Shown piece by piece: positions 10,030 to 18,529 of a stretch of 64,000 nucleotides of DNA. The position numbers and the translations under genes were made by a program. This stretch comes from Zetaproteobacteria bacterium (GTDB taxonomy: Bacteria; Pseudomonadota; Zetaproteobacteria; Mariprofundales; Mariprofundaceae), in assembly GCA_002753275.1 (NCBI GenBank), contig PEAA01000005.1, positions 493 through 64,492 on the forward strand. The letters run 5' to 3'. Within the stretch, counting starts at the first letter, position 1; each line of letters starts with the position of its first letter. The notes beneath the pieces are model-generated. The model searched no databases. It saw only the letters and a list, made by a program, of their open reading frames with translations, and was not told the origin of the DNA.

Positions 10030-10587
10030 ATGATTGATTCGAAATCTTTGCAAGCTATCGATTCTTTGACGCAATCATGGGCATCCAATCATACAGTTGC
10101 GCGTAGAGATGTGCTCAAAGGGATTGCCCTCTTAATAAGTGCTCCCATGTTGCCATCTTGGCTTTCATCCAATGTGGTTTATGCTGAGGAAGAGAATAGC
10201 CTCTCACTTGAAAAATTTTATGAATTTTCACAAAGTTTAACCCAGGTGCAATCCTTGGATCGCAATATGTGCGAAAAGATGTACCAAATTTTTAAGAAAG
10301 AGTCCTGGGGAATGAGCCATTTGCAGCGTGTTTACCGCAAGGTTGTTGAAATTGGAACGGTGCGTACAGATGAAGTCTTAAATAGCCTGGATGAGGGTGA
10401 ACACTGGTTTCTAGGCCATTTCCTAACCACATGGATCACAGGCATCTATTACCATGATTCTGGCAATCTGGTGGTGAGTTATGAGCATGCGTTGATGTAT
10501 GCCTCATTTACGGACTTGCGTCCTGTTCCTGGCTTTTCAGCACGCGATTTTGGGTTTTGGAAAGATGCTCCACAAGGGCACGCATAA
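10030..10587 (+). CDS. Small Tat-signal subunit of a membrane/periplasmic FAD sugar dehydrogenase (gluconate 2-dehydrogenase subunit 3 family)
   Basis: It has a twin-arginine motif ARRDVLKG followed by a hydrophobic stretch. Its size (~185 aa) and its position directly upstream of the GMC flavoprotein match the gamma/small subunits of FAD-GDH, FDH and GADH complexes. It starts 11 nt after the bcsC stop. Confidence 0.7.
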   Translation: MIDSKSLQAIDSLTQSWASNHTVARRDVLKGIALLISAPMLPSWLSSNVVYAEEENSLSLEKFYEFSQSLTQVQSLDRNMCEKMYQIFKKESWGMSHLQRVYRKVVEIGTVRTDEVLNSLDEGEHWFLGHFLTTWITGIYYHDSGNLVVSYEHALMYASFTDLRPVPGFSARDFGFWKDAPQGHA

Positions 10588-10596
10588 GGAGATCAA

Positions 10597-12180
10597 ATGG
10601 GTGATTTTTTTGATTGTGTCATTGTGGGTTCAGGTGTTGCAGGTTCTCTTTTAGCAAGAGAATTGGCAAAGGCAGGGAAGCGTGTCTGTATGTTGGAGGC
10701 AGGGGATCGATGGGAACGATCTGATGCGCTTGAGCGTTATCATGCCAGTTGGAATCGCACGATTACTGCTCCCTATAAGCAAGGAAATTGGCTATTAACT
10801 CCTGCCGATGATCAATATTTTGCCAAGCAAGGGCACGGTGAATATTTGCCTAGCATCTTAAAGGGTGCTGGAGGAACGACATGGCATTGGACTGGTATTA
10901 CCCCGCGTTTTCTACCTACTGATTTTAAATTGCAGCAACATTATGGTGTCGGTGATAATTGGCCAATTGACTATGAGGCGTTGGAGCCCTTTTATTGTCA
11001 AGCTGAAAAAGCCTTAGGCGTCTCTGGTGATAGTAATCATGATCATGGCTCACCTCGCTCAAAAAAATATCCTATGCCTGCAATTCCGATGACCTATGGT
11101 GATAAGTTACTGGCTGAAAAACTTAAAGCTAAAGGTATTCGTATCGAATCTTTACCTGCTGCGCGTAACAGTATTGATTATGATGGAAGGCCTGCATGTC
11201 GAGGTAACAATACTTGCACCCCTATTTGCCCTATTGGTGCATCGTATAGCGCAGATGTTGATGTGGACAAGGCAATTGCTGCCGGTGCAGTTTTAAAGTT
11301 AAAGTCGGTGGCTTATCGCCTCGACACCGACCCCAAGAGTAATAAAATTACCAAGCTTCATTATAAGAAACCGGATGGCTCTTCGCATACCATTGAAGGG
11401 GGAAGGTTTATTCTTGCCTGCAACAGCTTAGAAAACCCGCGTCTTTTATTGATGTCTAAAAATAATTTGAACCCCAATGGCATTGCAAATAGCTCTGATC
11501 TTGTCGGAAGACGATTAATGGATCATGCGATTTTTTCATTTAAATTTCGTATGTCCGAGCCATTGTATATAGGTCGGGGTCCACAGAGTGTCAGTACGAT
11601 TATGGAAGGTCGCGATGGAGACTTTCGCTCGCGGTATGCCGCTGCAAAGTTTTTTTTAGGCAATGATTTGAATGTGCATCAAGAGGCTGCCGAACTGATG
11701 AATAACGCAGCCAATTGGGTGGAGCCGTTAAAAAACTTGCGTGATATTGCCATTCATCAGGGGCAAATAGGTGCTGAAATTGAACAGCTTCCTGATAAAT
11801 CAAACCGTATCACTCTGGATATGAATCGACTGGATCCTCTGGGGCTTCCTCTTCCCTCTGTGAACTATAAACTGACAAGGTATAGCAAACAGGGATTGGA
11901 TCATTGGAAGCGGTATGTGAAGAAATTGATACGAACCCTTGATGCTTCAATTACAGGGGAGTGGGATTCACTTTCATCCCATCACCCTGCAGGAACGACT
12001 TGCATGGGGAGTCATCGAAAGTCATCCGTGGTCAATGCCAATTGTCAGAGTCATGATCATGAGAATTTATACATTGTTGGCAATAGTGTTTTTCCGACCA
12101 TGGGAACAGCCAACCCCACATTAACGATCGCAGCTTTAAGCCTTCGACTTGCAGATCATTTAATCACGGCCAGTAAATAA
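10597..12180 (+). CDS. GMC-family FAD-dependent sugar dehydrogenase catalytic subunit with Cys-rich 3Fe-4S motif
   Basis: The N-terminal FAD fold is DCVIVGSGVAGSLLARELAKAGKRVCMLEAG. The Cys-rich segment CRGNNTCTPICPIGASY resembles the Fe-S motif of FAD-glucose dehydrogenase alpha subunits. The C-terminus carries the GMC motifs HPAGTTCMG and NLYIVGNSVFPTMGTANPTLTIAA. Confidence 0.85.
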   Translation: MGDFFDCVIVGSGVAGSLLARELAKAGKRVCMLEAGDRWERSDALERYHASWNRTITAPYKQGNWLLTPADDQYFAKQGHGEYLPSILKGAGGTTWHWTGITPRFLPTDFKLQQHYGVGDNWPIDYEALEPFYCQAEKALGVSGDSNHDHGSPRSKKYPMPAIPMTYGDKLLAEKLKAKGIRIESLPAARNSIDYDGRPACRGNNTCTPICPIGASYSADVDVDKAIAAGAVLKLKSVAYRLDTDPKSNKITKLHYKKPDGSSHTIEGGRFILACNSLENPRLLLMSKNNLNPNGIANSSDLVGRRLMDHAIFSFKFRMSEPLYIGRGPQSVSTIMEGRDGDFRSRYAAAKFFLGNDLNVHQEAAELMNNAANWVEPLKNLRDIAIHQGQIGAEIEQLPDKSNRITLDMNRLDPLGLPLPSVNYKLTRYSKQGLDHWKRYVKKLIRTLDASITGEWDSLSSHHPAGTTCMGSHRKSSVVNANCQSHDHENLYIVGNSVFPTMGTANPTLTIAALSLRLADHLITASK

Positions 12181-12249
12181 AAGCATAGTCATTTTTGTTC
12201 GTGTGAAGGAGGAGGTTCATTGAATGATAATCAAGTCATGGGGGATTAT

Positions 12250-14643
12250 TCAGTTAGCTAGAACGGCGTTGTTTCGTCCTCCGTTTTTTGCTTGATACAT
12301 GGCGTGGTCTGCATTCTTTGACAGTTCTGTAAAAGTGGCTCCATGGTTGGGGTAGATGGAAATTCCAATGCTGGCTGAAATATTGATGGACTCTGATTTT
12401 ATGTAAAAAGGAGATTGTAATTCTAGTAAAATTTTCTTGGCGACATTGATAGCTACAGAGGCATGATCAATGTTGGGAATAATGACAACAAACTCATCTC
12501 CTCCAATACGCCCTACAGTATCATATTGTCGTAAACAGTGTTTCATGCGCCCAGCAGTTTCGATAAGCACCATATCTCCAACAGCGTGTCCAAATTGATC
12601 ATTAACAGGTTTGAAATGGTCGAGATCAATGAACAATAAAGCAAAAGTTAACCCGGTTCTTGTGCTTCGGGAGATCTCTTTTTCTACTGTTGATGTGAAA
12701 AGAATCCGATTGGGTAGTCCTGTGAGCGAGTCATGCATCGCCAAGTGACGAATATAGTTGTCGCTTTTCTTACGCTCTGAAATATCGCGGGTTGAACCTA
12801 CAACTTCGACCTTGTTGGTTTCAATATTGCGTTGAAAATGTAAAATGATCTCCACCCAAACAGTTTGTCCATTTTTACAGTTTTGCTCAATTTCGTAAGT
12901 AAAATGTTTTTCCGATGAGAATTCATGGTTTAGAAAGCCCTTTAAATTGCGTTCAATTTCTTGAAGTAAAGATTTATAGCTTTCTGTTGTCATGGTCATG
13001 ATTAATGGTTGCGTGATAATTTCTTCGGTTGTGAACCCCGACAAAGAGATGACTGATGGGCTAATATAGGTATATTGTTCTGATTCTAAATCAACAATCC
13101 ATACCACATCCTTCATGGTTTCAGTCAATGTTTGATGGAGATTTTGGCTGTTTCTTAGGTTGGTTTCAGCAATTTTTCGTCGAGTGATATCATAGACAGT
13201 TCCAATGATGACCGGTTCTTGCTGATAGGTGCTCTTATTGGCAGTAATTTCAACCCAGATAATGTTACCATTTTTGTGAATGAGTCGGATCTCTTCATTG
13301 ATTTTTGCAGTGCTGTTTTGATGTAGTTCATTCATTTTGTTCACAATCAATTGATGATCTGCGAGATGGACAAGGTTGAAGATATTCTTGTTGAGTAGTT
13401 CTGTTGAAGCATAACCTGTTAAACTTTGTCCTGCTACATTGATTGAGATGAGCGTAGTGTCTTTTAAAATGAAAATACTTGCGGATGTATTATTGGCAAG
13501 TTGTTTGAAGTTTTCTTCACTTTCTGCAAGTGAGGTTTTTGTTTTTTCAAGGGTTAGAAAGCTATGGCGTAACCGTTTGTTAATGGATAAAATATAAATG
13601 ACGATGGCGGTAAGAATACCAATGATTAACATAGTAATAATGAGCATTTTATAAAATTTACTACGGTTCTCTAAAGTTCTGGATATGTCATAAATGAAGC
13701 CATTTAAATTGGGTGTCTCTTTTAAAATACCAATCTCTTGATAAACCTTGGCAATATGATTCCAACGGTCAGGGTGCATGTAACCAATTTCAACCATTTT
13801 AGATTGAATGAGTTTATCTTGCGCTTTTGCTTCAAATTGTAGCCGTTCGATGGTTTGATGATGATTGTATTTATTGATGATTAAATTGATCATTTCATTG
13901 GGGTGTTCTTCAGCATAACGCCATCCGCGCAAACTGGCTTCTCGGAATGCAGCAACACGCTTGGGATGATACTTCAACTCATCTTCACTGGTGAAGAGGT
14001 TATCGCCATAAAAGTCAATGCCAACGGATCGAGGTGAAAATACTTGATAAGTGAACCCTTTTTGCTGCAGTGTATAGGGTTCATTTGTAGAGTAGGCTTC
14101 ATAAAAATCTGTTTTATTTTCAATTAAATCATCAGGATTTGCTGAATAGGGTAAGATGTTAATATCCTGCGTACTTATCCCTTCACGCAGCAGATAGGCT
14201 AGTAATTCTGCGGCATGGGGTTCGATCATGACGCGTTTGTTGACGATATCATGAATGCTTCCATCACCATTTTTATCTGCAGTCAGAAAAACATAGGGTG
14301 AGTGTTGATGAATTGCAGCAAGGACAACAACAGGTTTTCCAGCGATGCGATCCAACACCAGTGATGAAGAGCCAGTTGCATATTGAACCTTTCCACTGAC
14401 GACATCACGCACGATGTTTGAACTTGCTAAGGATTCTAAAATAGTAACATCGAGCCCCACTTCTTTGTAAAACCCCATCTCCTTCGCTGCATAGTATCCA
14501 GCGAATTGGTATGCATGGGTCCATTTGAGTTGTAATTTTATCGGTTCAAGATTTTCAGCATGGGTTAAAGTTGTCATGCATAAGATGGTGCATAACAGTC
14601 CCATGAGGTGATTCCATAAAGGATAAAATCTCATTTTGATCAT
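12250..14643 (-). CDS. Sensor diguanylate cyclase: periplasmic NMT1/SsuA-like solute-binding domain, TM, two PAS domains, GGDEF
   Basis: It has a signal/TM segment, then LKWTHAYQFAGYYAAKEMGFYKEVGLDV (an SBP-like sensor domain), a TM helix (MLIITMLIIGILTAIVIYIL), PAS-like segments and GGDEF (RIGGDEFVV). An RxxD I-site (RQYD) lies 5 residues upstream of GGDEF. Confidence 0.85.
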   Translation of the reverse strand: MIKMRFYPLWNHLMGLLCTILCMTTLTHAENLEPIKLQLKWTHAYQFAGYYAAKEMGFYKEVGLDVTILESLASSNIVRDVVSGKVQYATGSSSLVLDRIAGKPVVVLAAIHQHSPYVFLTADKNGDGSIHDIVNKRVMIEPHAAELLAYLLREGISTQDINILPYSANPDDLIENKTDFYEAYSTNEPYTLQQKGFTYQVFSPRSVGIDFYGDNLFTSEDELKYHPKRVAAFREASLRGWRYAEEHPNEMINLIINKYNHHQTIERLQFEAKAQDKLIQSKMVEIGYMHPDRWNHIAKVYQEIGILKETPNLNGFIYDISRTLENRSKFYKMLIITMLIIGILTAIVIYILSINKRLRHSFLTLEKTKTSLAESEENFKQLANNTSASIFILKDTTLISINVAGQSLTGYASTELLNKNIFNLVHLADHQLIVNKMNELHQNSTAKINEEIRLIHKNGNIIWVEITANKSTYQQEPVIIGTVYDITRRKIAETNLRNSQNLHQTLTETMKDVVWIVDLESEQYTYISPSVISLSGFTTEEIITQPLIMTMTTESYKSLLQEIERNLKGFLNHEFSSEKHFTYEIEQNCKNGQTVWVEIILHFQRNIETNKVEVVGSTRDISERKKSDNYIRHLAMHDSLTGLPNRILFTSTVEKEISRSTRTGLTFALLFIDLDHFKPVNDQFGHAVGDMVLIETAGRMKHCLRQYDTVGRIGGDEFVVIIPNIDHASVAINVAKKILLELQSPFYIKSESINISASIGISIYPNHGATFTELSKNADHAMYQAKNGGRNNAVLAN

Positions 14644-14906
14644 TTGACGGTTTCGTGTGTGATTATGATTTTAGCCATTAATAGATACAAAATTGACTCC
14701 AATACTCGATTTTACTAGATATTTTTGTAGTTCATTTGTGAATGAATAAGTAGGCTATTTATTACCAGTAAGAAGCTGAAATTTAAATATAAAGCTATGG
14801 TTGGGCAATGAATTATATATTACCATTAATATCACTGTGGACTGTCATGGTGCAAAGATTAGCCCTTCTAGAGGGAGAGAAATTTTATCAAAATGTATTG
14901 ATTAAG

Positions 14907-14995
14907 TGGTGCCGAGGGCCGGAGTCGAACCGGCACGGAGATCACTCTCCGAGGGATTTTAAGTCCCTTGTGTCTACCTGTTTCACCACCCCGGC
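14907..14995 (-). tRNA. tRNA-Leu (anticodon TAA), long variable arm, CCA encoded
   Basis: The reverse complement reads GCCGGGGTGGTGAAACAGGTAGACACAAGGGACTTAAAATCCC...GCCGGTTCGACTCCGGCCCTCGGCACCA. The acceptor stem pairs 7/7 with one G-U. The T-loop is TTCGACT and the anticodon loop is CTTAAAA. Confidence 0.9.
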
Positions 14996-15022
14996 GGATG
15001 GGATTGATTTTTTGATGAAGTT

Positions 15023-15097
15023 TGGAGGCAGGGGCGAGAATCGAACTCGCGAATAAAGGATTTGCAGTCCTCCGCCGTACCACTGAGCCACCCTGCC
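15023..15097 (-). tRNA. tRNA-Cys (anticodon GCA)
   Basis: The reverse complement reads GGCAGGGTGGCTCAGTGGTACGGCGGAGGACTGCAAATCCTTTATTCGCGAGTTCGATTCTCGCCCCTGCCTCCA. It folds as a cloverleaf with anticodon loop CTGCAAA. Confidence 0.9.
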
Positions 15098-15151
15098 ATG
15101 AACTTCTCATAAAATAAAAGAGGGGAATCAAATGATCCCCCTCCGAGTGCT

Positions 15152-15227
15152 TGGAGCGGGTAACCGGGCTCGAACCGGTGACCTCGACCTTGGCAAGGTC
15201 GCGCTCTACCAACTGAGCTATACCCGC
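15152..15227 (-). tRNA. tRNA-Gly (anticodon GCC)
   Basis: The reverse complement reads GCGGGTATAGCTCAGTTGGTAGAGCGCGACCTTGCCAAGGTCGAGGTCACCGGTTCGAGCCCGGTTACCCGCTCCA. The anticodon loop is TTGCCAA. Confidence 0.92.
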
Positions 15228-15237
15228 GACACGGCGA

Positions 15238-15265
15238 ATTATGGTGATCAATTTTATTGTGTCAA
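15238..15265 (-). promoter_or_regulatory. Sigma70-type promoter of the Gly-Cys-Leu tRNA operon
   Basis: The minus strand reads TTGACA - 16 nt - CATAAT - TCGCCGTGTC - tRNA 5' end. The -35 is consensus, the -10 matches 5/6, the discriminator is GC-rich, and an A/T-rich tract lies upstream of the -35. Confidence 0.6.
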
Positions 15266-15439
15266 CAGTTGTTTTTTATTGCATGCTTTGTGCATGGTTA
15301 GATGTGTGATGGTAGTGATTGTTTAACTTGATTGTTTCACTTTTTTTTATACATTGCTGAATGAAAAAAATGTTGGTATTGGTGTCATTTTTGAGACCCA
15401 ATCCGTATAATTTATGAAAAGGTTGGTGGCTTGATAGCG

Positions 15440-16078
15440 ATGTCGTCATATGAACGATCAAGGGATCGCATGGTACAAGAGCAGATCGTAGGACGAGGAA
15501 TTGATGATCTTCGTGTCATTCATGCTATGTCGAATGTGAAACGACATCTTTTTTTGGATGAAGCACTTATTGCGAAAGCTTATCACGATGCAGCGTTGCC
15601 AATTGGACAAGGTCAGACGATTTCTCAGCCTTTTATTGTAGCAAAAATGAGTCAGTTACTTTGTTTGTCGGGTTCGGAGCGCGTTTTGGAAATTGGTACA
15701 GGGTGTGGTTATCAGACCGCTATTTTATCGAAGTTGTGTCGCCGGGTGTACAGTATAGAGCGTATCGAGACACTCTATGAAAAAGCGCGTAAGAATATTC
15801 GTAAAATTCAATGTATCAATGTGATGATACGCCATGGTGATGGATTGAAGGGCTGGCCTGAATACGCCCCTTTTGATAGAATTATTGTGACCGCAGGGGG
15901 GGGGGCATCTCCCGCTTGGCTGAGTCAGTTGCGTGAAGGAGGGATGTTAATTTTTCCAGAAAGTAATTCACAAGGTCATCAACTTGTTCAACAAACCAAA
16001 TGCGCAGAAGGATATATCGAATATCGTTATGATTTATGTACCTTTGTACCGTTGCTTGAAGGTGTAACTTATTACTAA
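15440..16078 (+). CDS. pcm: Protein-L-isoaspartate O-methyltransferase
   Basis: The SAM-binding motif VLEIGTGCGYQTA and QTISQPFIVA are present. Synteny with nlpD-rpoS supports the call. The first ATG is at 15440, and the tracked ORF begins at a TTG at 15431. Confidence 0.9.
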   Translation: MSSYERSRDRMVQEQIVGRGIDDLRVIHAMSNVKRHLFLDEALIAKAYHDAALPIGQGQTISQPFIVAKMSQLLCLSGSERVLEIGTGCGYQTAILSKLCRRVYSIERIETLYEKARKNIRKIQCINVMIRHGDGLKGWPEYAPFDRIIVTAGGGASPAWLSQLREGGMLIFPESNSQGHQLVQQTKCAEGYIEYRYDLCTFVPLLEGVTYY

Positions 16079-16088
16079 ACTTGATGAA

Positions 16089-16700
16089 TTGGCGCAAATT
16101 CAATCATCTCATGGTGGTTGGTTAAGGCGTTTTTATGATTGGACCTTGGCATGGGCTAATAAGCCGCAGGCCCAAGTCGCCCTTTTCTTCATTGCCTTGA
16201 TCGAGGCAAGTATTTTTCCCATTCCTCCTGATATTCTTCTGTTGGCCATGGCATTATCGCAGCCTGAGTTGAGTTTACGGTTTGCATTTTTGGCAACGCT
16301 AGGTTCAACGATTGGTGCGGTTGTGGGTTACTTTATAGGTATGATGCTCTTCGTTGCTATCGCAGAGCCAATTCTAAATTTTTATCATATGATGTCACAG
16401 TTTGAGCATGTTCAAGCGCTTTTTACTGAATATGGTTTATGGATCGTGATCGCAGCAGGTTTTTCTCCGATCCCATTTAAAGTTGTTACCATCGCTGCGG
16501 GGGCGTTTGATCTCTCGTTTATTGGTTTTATTATGGCCGCATTGCTTTCTCGAGGTGCGCGCTTCTATTTAGAAGCTGTTGTTATGCGCTGGGGAGGTGA
16601 ACGGTTGCGTTTGTGGGTGGAAAAATATTTTGAATGGTTAACGATGGCGGTGATCGCATTGGTGGGATGTGGATTTTTTGTATTGTGGATGTTTAACTAG
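16089..16700 (+). CDS. YqaA/DedA-related inner-membrane protein
   Basis: The N-terminal motif ...ALFFIALIEASIFPIPPDILL is typical of the YqaA family. It has ~5 hydrophobic helices and a TTG start. Confidence 0.65.
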   Translation: MAQIQSSHGGWLRRFYDWTLAWANKPQAQVALFFIALIEASIFPIPPDILLLAMALSQPELSLRFAFLATLGSTIGAVVGYFIGMMLFVAIAEPILNFYHMMSQFEHVQALFTEYGLWIVIAAGFSPIPFKVVTIAAGAFDLSFIGFIMAALLSRGARFYLEAVVMRWGGERLRLWVEKYFEWLTMAVIALVGCGFFVLWMFN

Positions 16701-17693
16701 ATGAGATCAGCCGTGTGGATTGTCTTGATATTTTCCTTGACGCTTGGGGGCTGTATACGCTCTCAAATTACACTCTTTCCGCATGCACAACCGGTGATTC
16801 AGCAAAAACAGATGCATCCTCAGCCAACGAAAGCGGTCTTGCAAACAAAAGTGCCATCTTTCTATTTAGTTCAGCAAGGTGATACGCTTTATACAATTGG
16901 TCAGCGTTTTGGGGTTCCTTTCCAACAATTGGCAGAACAAAATCGTATTAAAGAGCCTTATCTTCTCAATGTTGGTCAGCGTATTGAGCTTGCTTCACCC
17001 ATTTATAAGGTTCGTCGAGGGGATACTCTTTATATGATCGGGCAGAAATTTAATGTCGATTATAAGGGGTTGGCAGCAAGGAACCATATTCCTTACCCTT
17101 TCCAAATTTATGTAGGTCAACAAATTTTTTTGTATGGATTCGCACCTGAAGCTAAAATGATCCCTATTCCTGTGGATCAAACGGTGATGTCGGACCCCGC
17201 CATTATAAAAGATAAAAAACAAAAGACGCGAGATATTGAGAAAAATATTCAGTCTGAATCGGCAACACCTGTCGCTGATGAATCAGGACCATTAAGGTTT
17301 CATTGGCCTGTTTTGGGTCGAATGACGCAACCCTTTGGGCAGATTGATGGAAAAATGAGCGATGGTATTGATATTGAGAGTGCTGAGGGTACGCCTGTAT
17401 ATGCAGCAGAGCGTGGAACGGTTGTCTATGTTGGTCAACAGGTCGTAGGTTATGGCAAGATGATTATTATTCGTCATGAAAATAAATTGTTTACAGTTTA
17501 TGCTCATAATCAAGACAATTTGGTCAAGGTTGGCGATTCTTTAAAACGGGGAGCATTGATTGCGAAAGTTGGTCGTACTGGCCGGGGCTCAACACCGCAT
17601 TTGCACTTTGAAGTACGCCATTCATCAACGCCAGTTGACCCTTTGGATTATTTACCTAAACCTCATTCAACCCGAAAGAAAGGGGCGGGATAA
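16701..17693 (+). CDS. nlpD: Murein hydrolase activator NlpD: lipoprotein with two LysM domains and a C-terminal M23 (LytM) domain
   Basis: The lipobox is LTLGGC. There are two LysM repeats (YLVQQGDTLYTIGQRFG and YKVRRGDTLYMIGQKFN). The M23 domain has HLHFEV, but the first HxxxD motif is degenerate (SDGIDIE), as in E. coli NlpD. It lies directly upstream of rpoS. Confidence 0.88.
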   Translation: MRSAVWIVLIFSLTLGGCIRSQITLFPHAQPVIQQKQMHPQPTKAVLQTKVPSFYLVQQGDTLYTIGQRFGVPFQQLAEQNRIKEPYLLNVGQRIELASPIYKVRRGDTLYMIGQKFNVDYKGLAARNHIPYPFQIYVGQQIFLYGFAPEAKMIPIPVDQTVMSDPAIIKDKKQKTRDIEKNIQSESATPVADESGPLRFHWPVLGRMTQPFGQIDGKMSDGIDIESAEGTPVYAAERGTVVYVGQQVVGYGKMIIIRHENKLFTVYAHNQDNLVKVGDSLKRGALIAKVGRTGRGSTPHLHFEVRHSSTPVDPLDYLPKPHSTRKKGAG

Positions 17694-17698
17694 TAATC

Positions 17699-18529
17699 AT
17701 GACTCATTCTGATTTGATGGCGATGTATCAAAAAGATGTGACTAAATATCCATTGCTTACCGCTGAAGAAGAGGTGGTTCTGGCCAATAGAATTGCAATG
17801 GGAGATCGGGAAGCCGAGCAGGTGATGATTCGAGCAAATTTACGCTTGGTGATTCATATTGCTCGAAAATATGGTCCCCGTGCACATTTGGATTTACACG
17901 ATTTAATAGAAGAGGGAAACCTTGGTTTAATTCACGCCGTGTCAAAGTTTGATCCTTTGCATGAATGTCGTTTTTCAACCTATGCGACTTGGTGGATTCG
18001 GCAAAATATTGAGCGTGCGATTATGAACCAATCGAGAACAGTGCGACTGCCTGTGCATGTGGGGAAAGCCTTGATGCGTTTGCAACGGGCTGATAAATTA
18101 TTACAAGCAAGATTAAATCGTCCACCTACTGATCATGAATTGGCTCGACATCTGGATGCAAGTGATGCGTATGTTATGCAATTGCATAGTATGGAGCTGG
18201 GGCAAGATACTGTAGATATTCAAGAGGGAGACTTCGACTTTGTTGGATTATTGGACGATGAAGAGGGGGAAAATGTTCCGGAAGAGGCTCTGCTTGTTTT
18301 AGAGCGAGAGGCGTTGTTAGAAAGGTGGTTAGCGCAGTTAAGCGAACGCGAATTGTATATCGTTCGATCGAGGTATGGGTTACATCAAGAAGATATGAGA
18401 ACATTAGAAATCATTGGTGGGAAGCTTGAAATTACCCGTGAACGGGTTCGGCAAATAGAGTTGCAGGCGATTAAAAAATTAAAACAGATTGTAGATTCGG
18501 AACATATTGAATCACAGGAGATTATATGA
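17699..18529 (+). CDS. rpoS: RNA polymerase sigma factor RpoS (sigma-38)
   Basis: It is a sigma70-family protein. Region 2 is YATWWIRQNIERAI and region 4.2 is ITRERVRQIELQAIKKLK. It is 276 aa, has no large region 1 and lies downstream of nlpD. Confidence 0.88.
   Translation: MTHSDLMAMYQKDVTKYPLLTAEEEVVLANRIAMGDREAEQVMIRANLRLVIHIARKYGPRAHLDLHDLIEEGNLGLIHAVSKFDPLHECRFSTYATWWIRQNIERAIMNQSRTVRLPVHVGKALMRLQRADKLLQARLNRPPTDHELARHLDASDAYVMQLHSMELGQDTVDIQEGDFDFVGLLDDEEGENVPEEALLVLEREALLERWLAQLSERELYIVRSRYGLHQEDMRTLEIIGGKLEITRERVRQIELQAIKKLKQIVDSEHIESQEII

Noticed and set aside
14808-15251. These are tracked ORFs 14808-15056 (+, 82 aa) and 14868-15251 (-, 127 aa).
   Set aside because: Both run straight through the three tRNA genes. 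Their open frames are a by-product of tRNA sequence, and they have no SD or protein-like composition.
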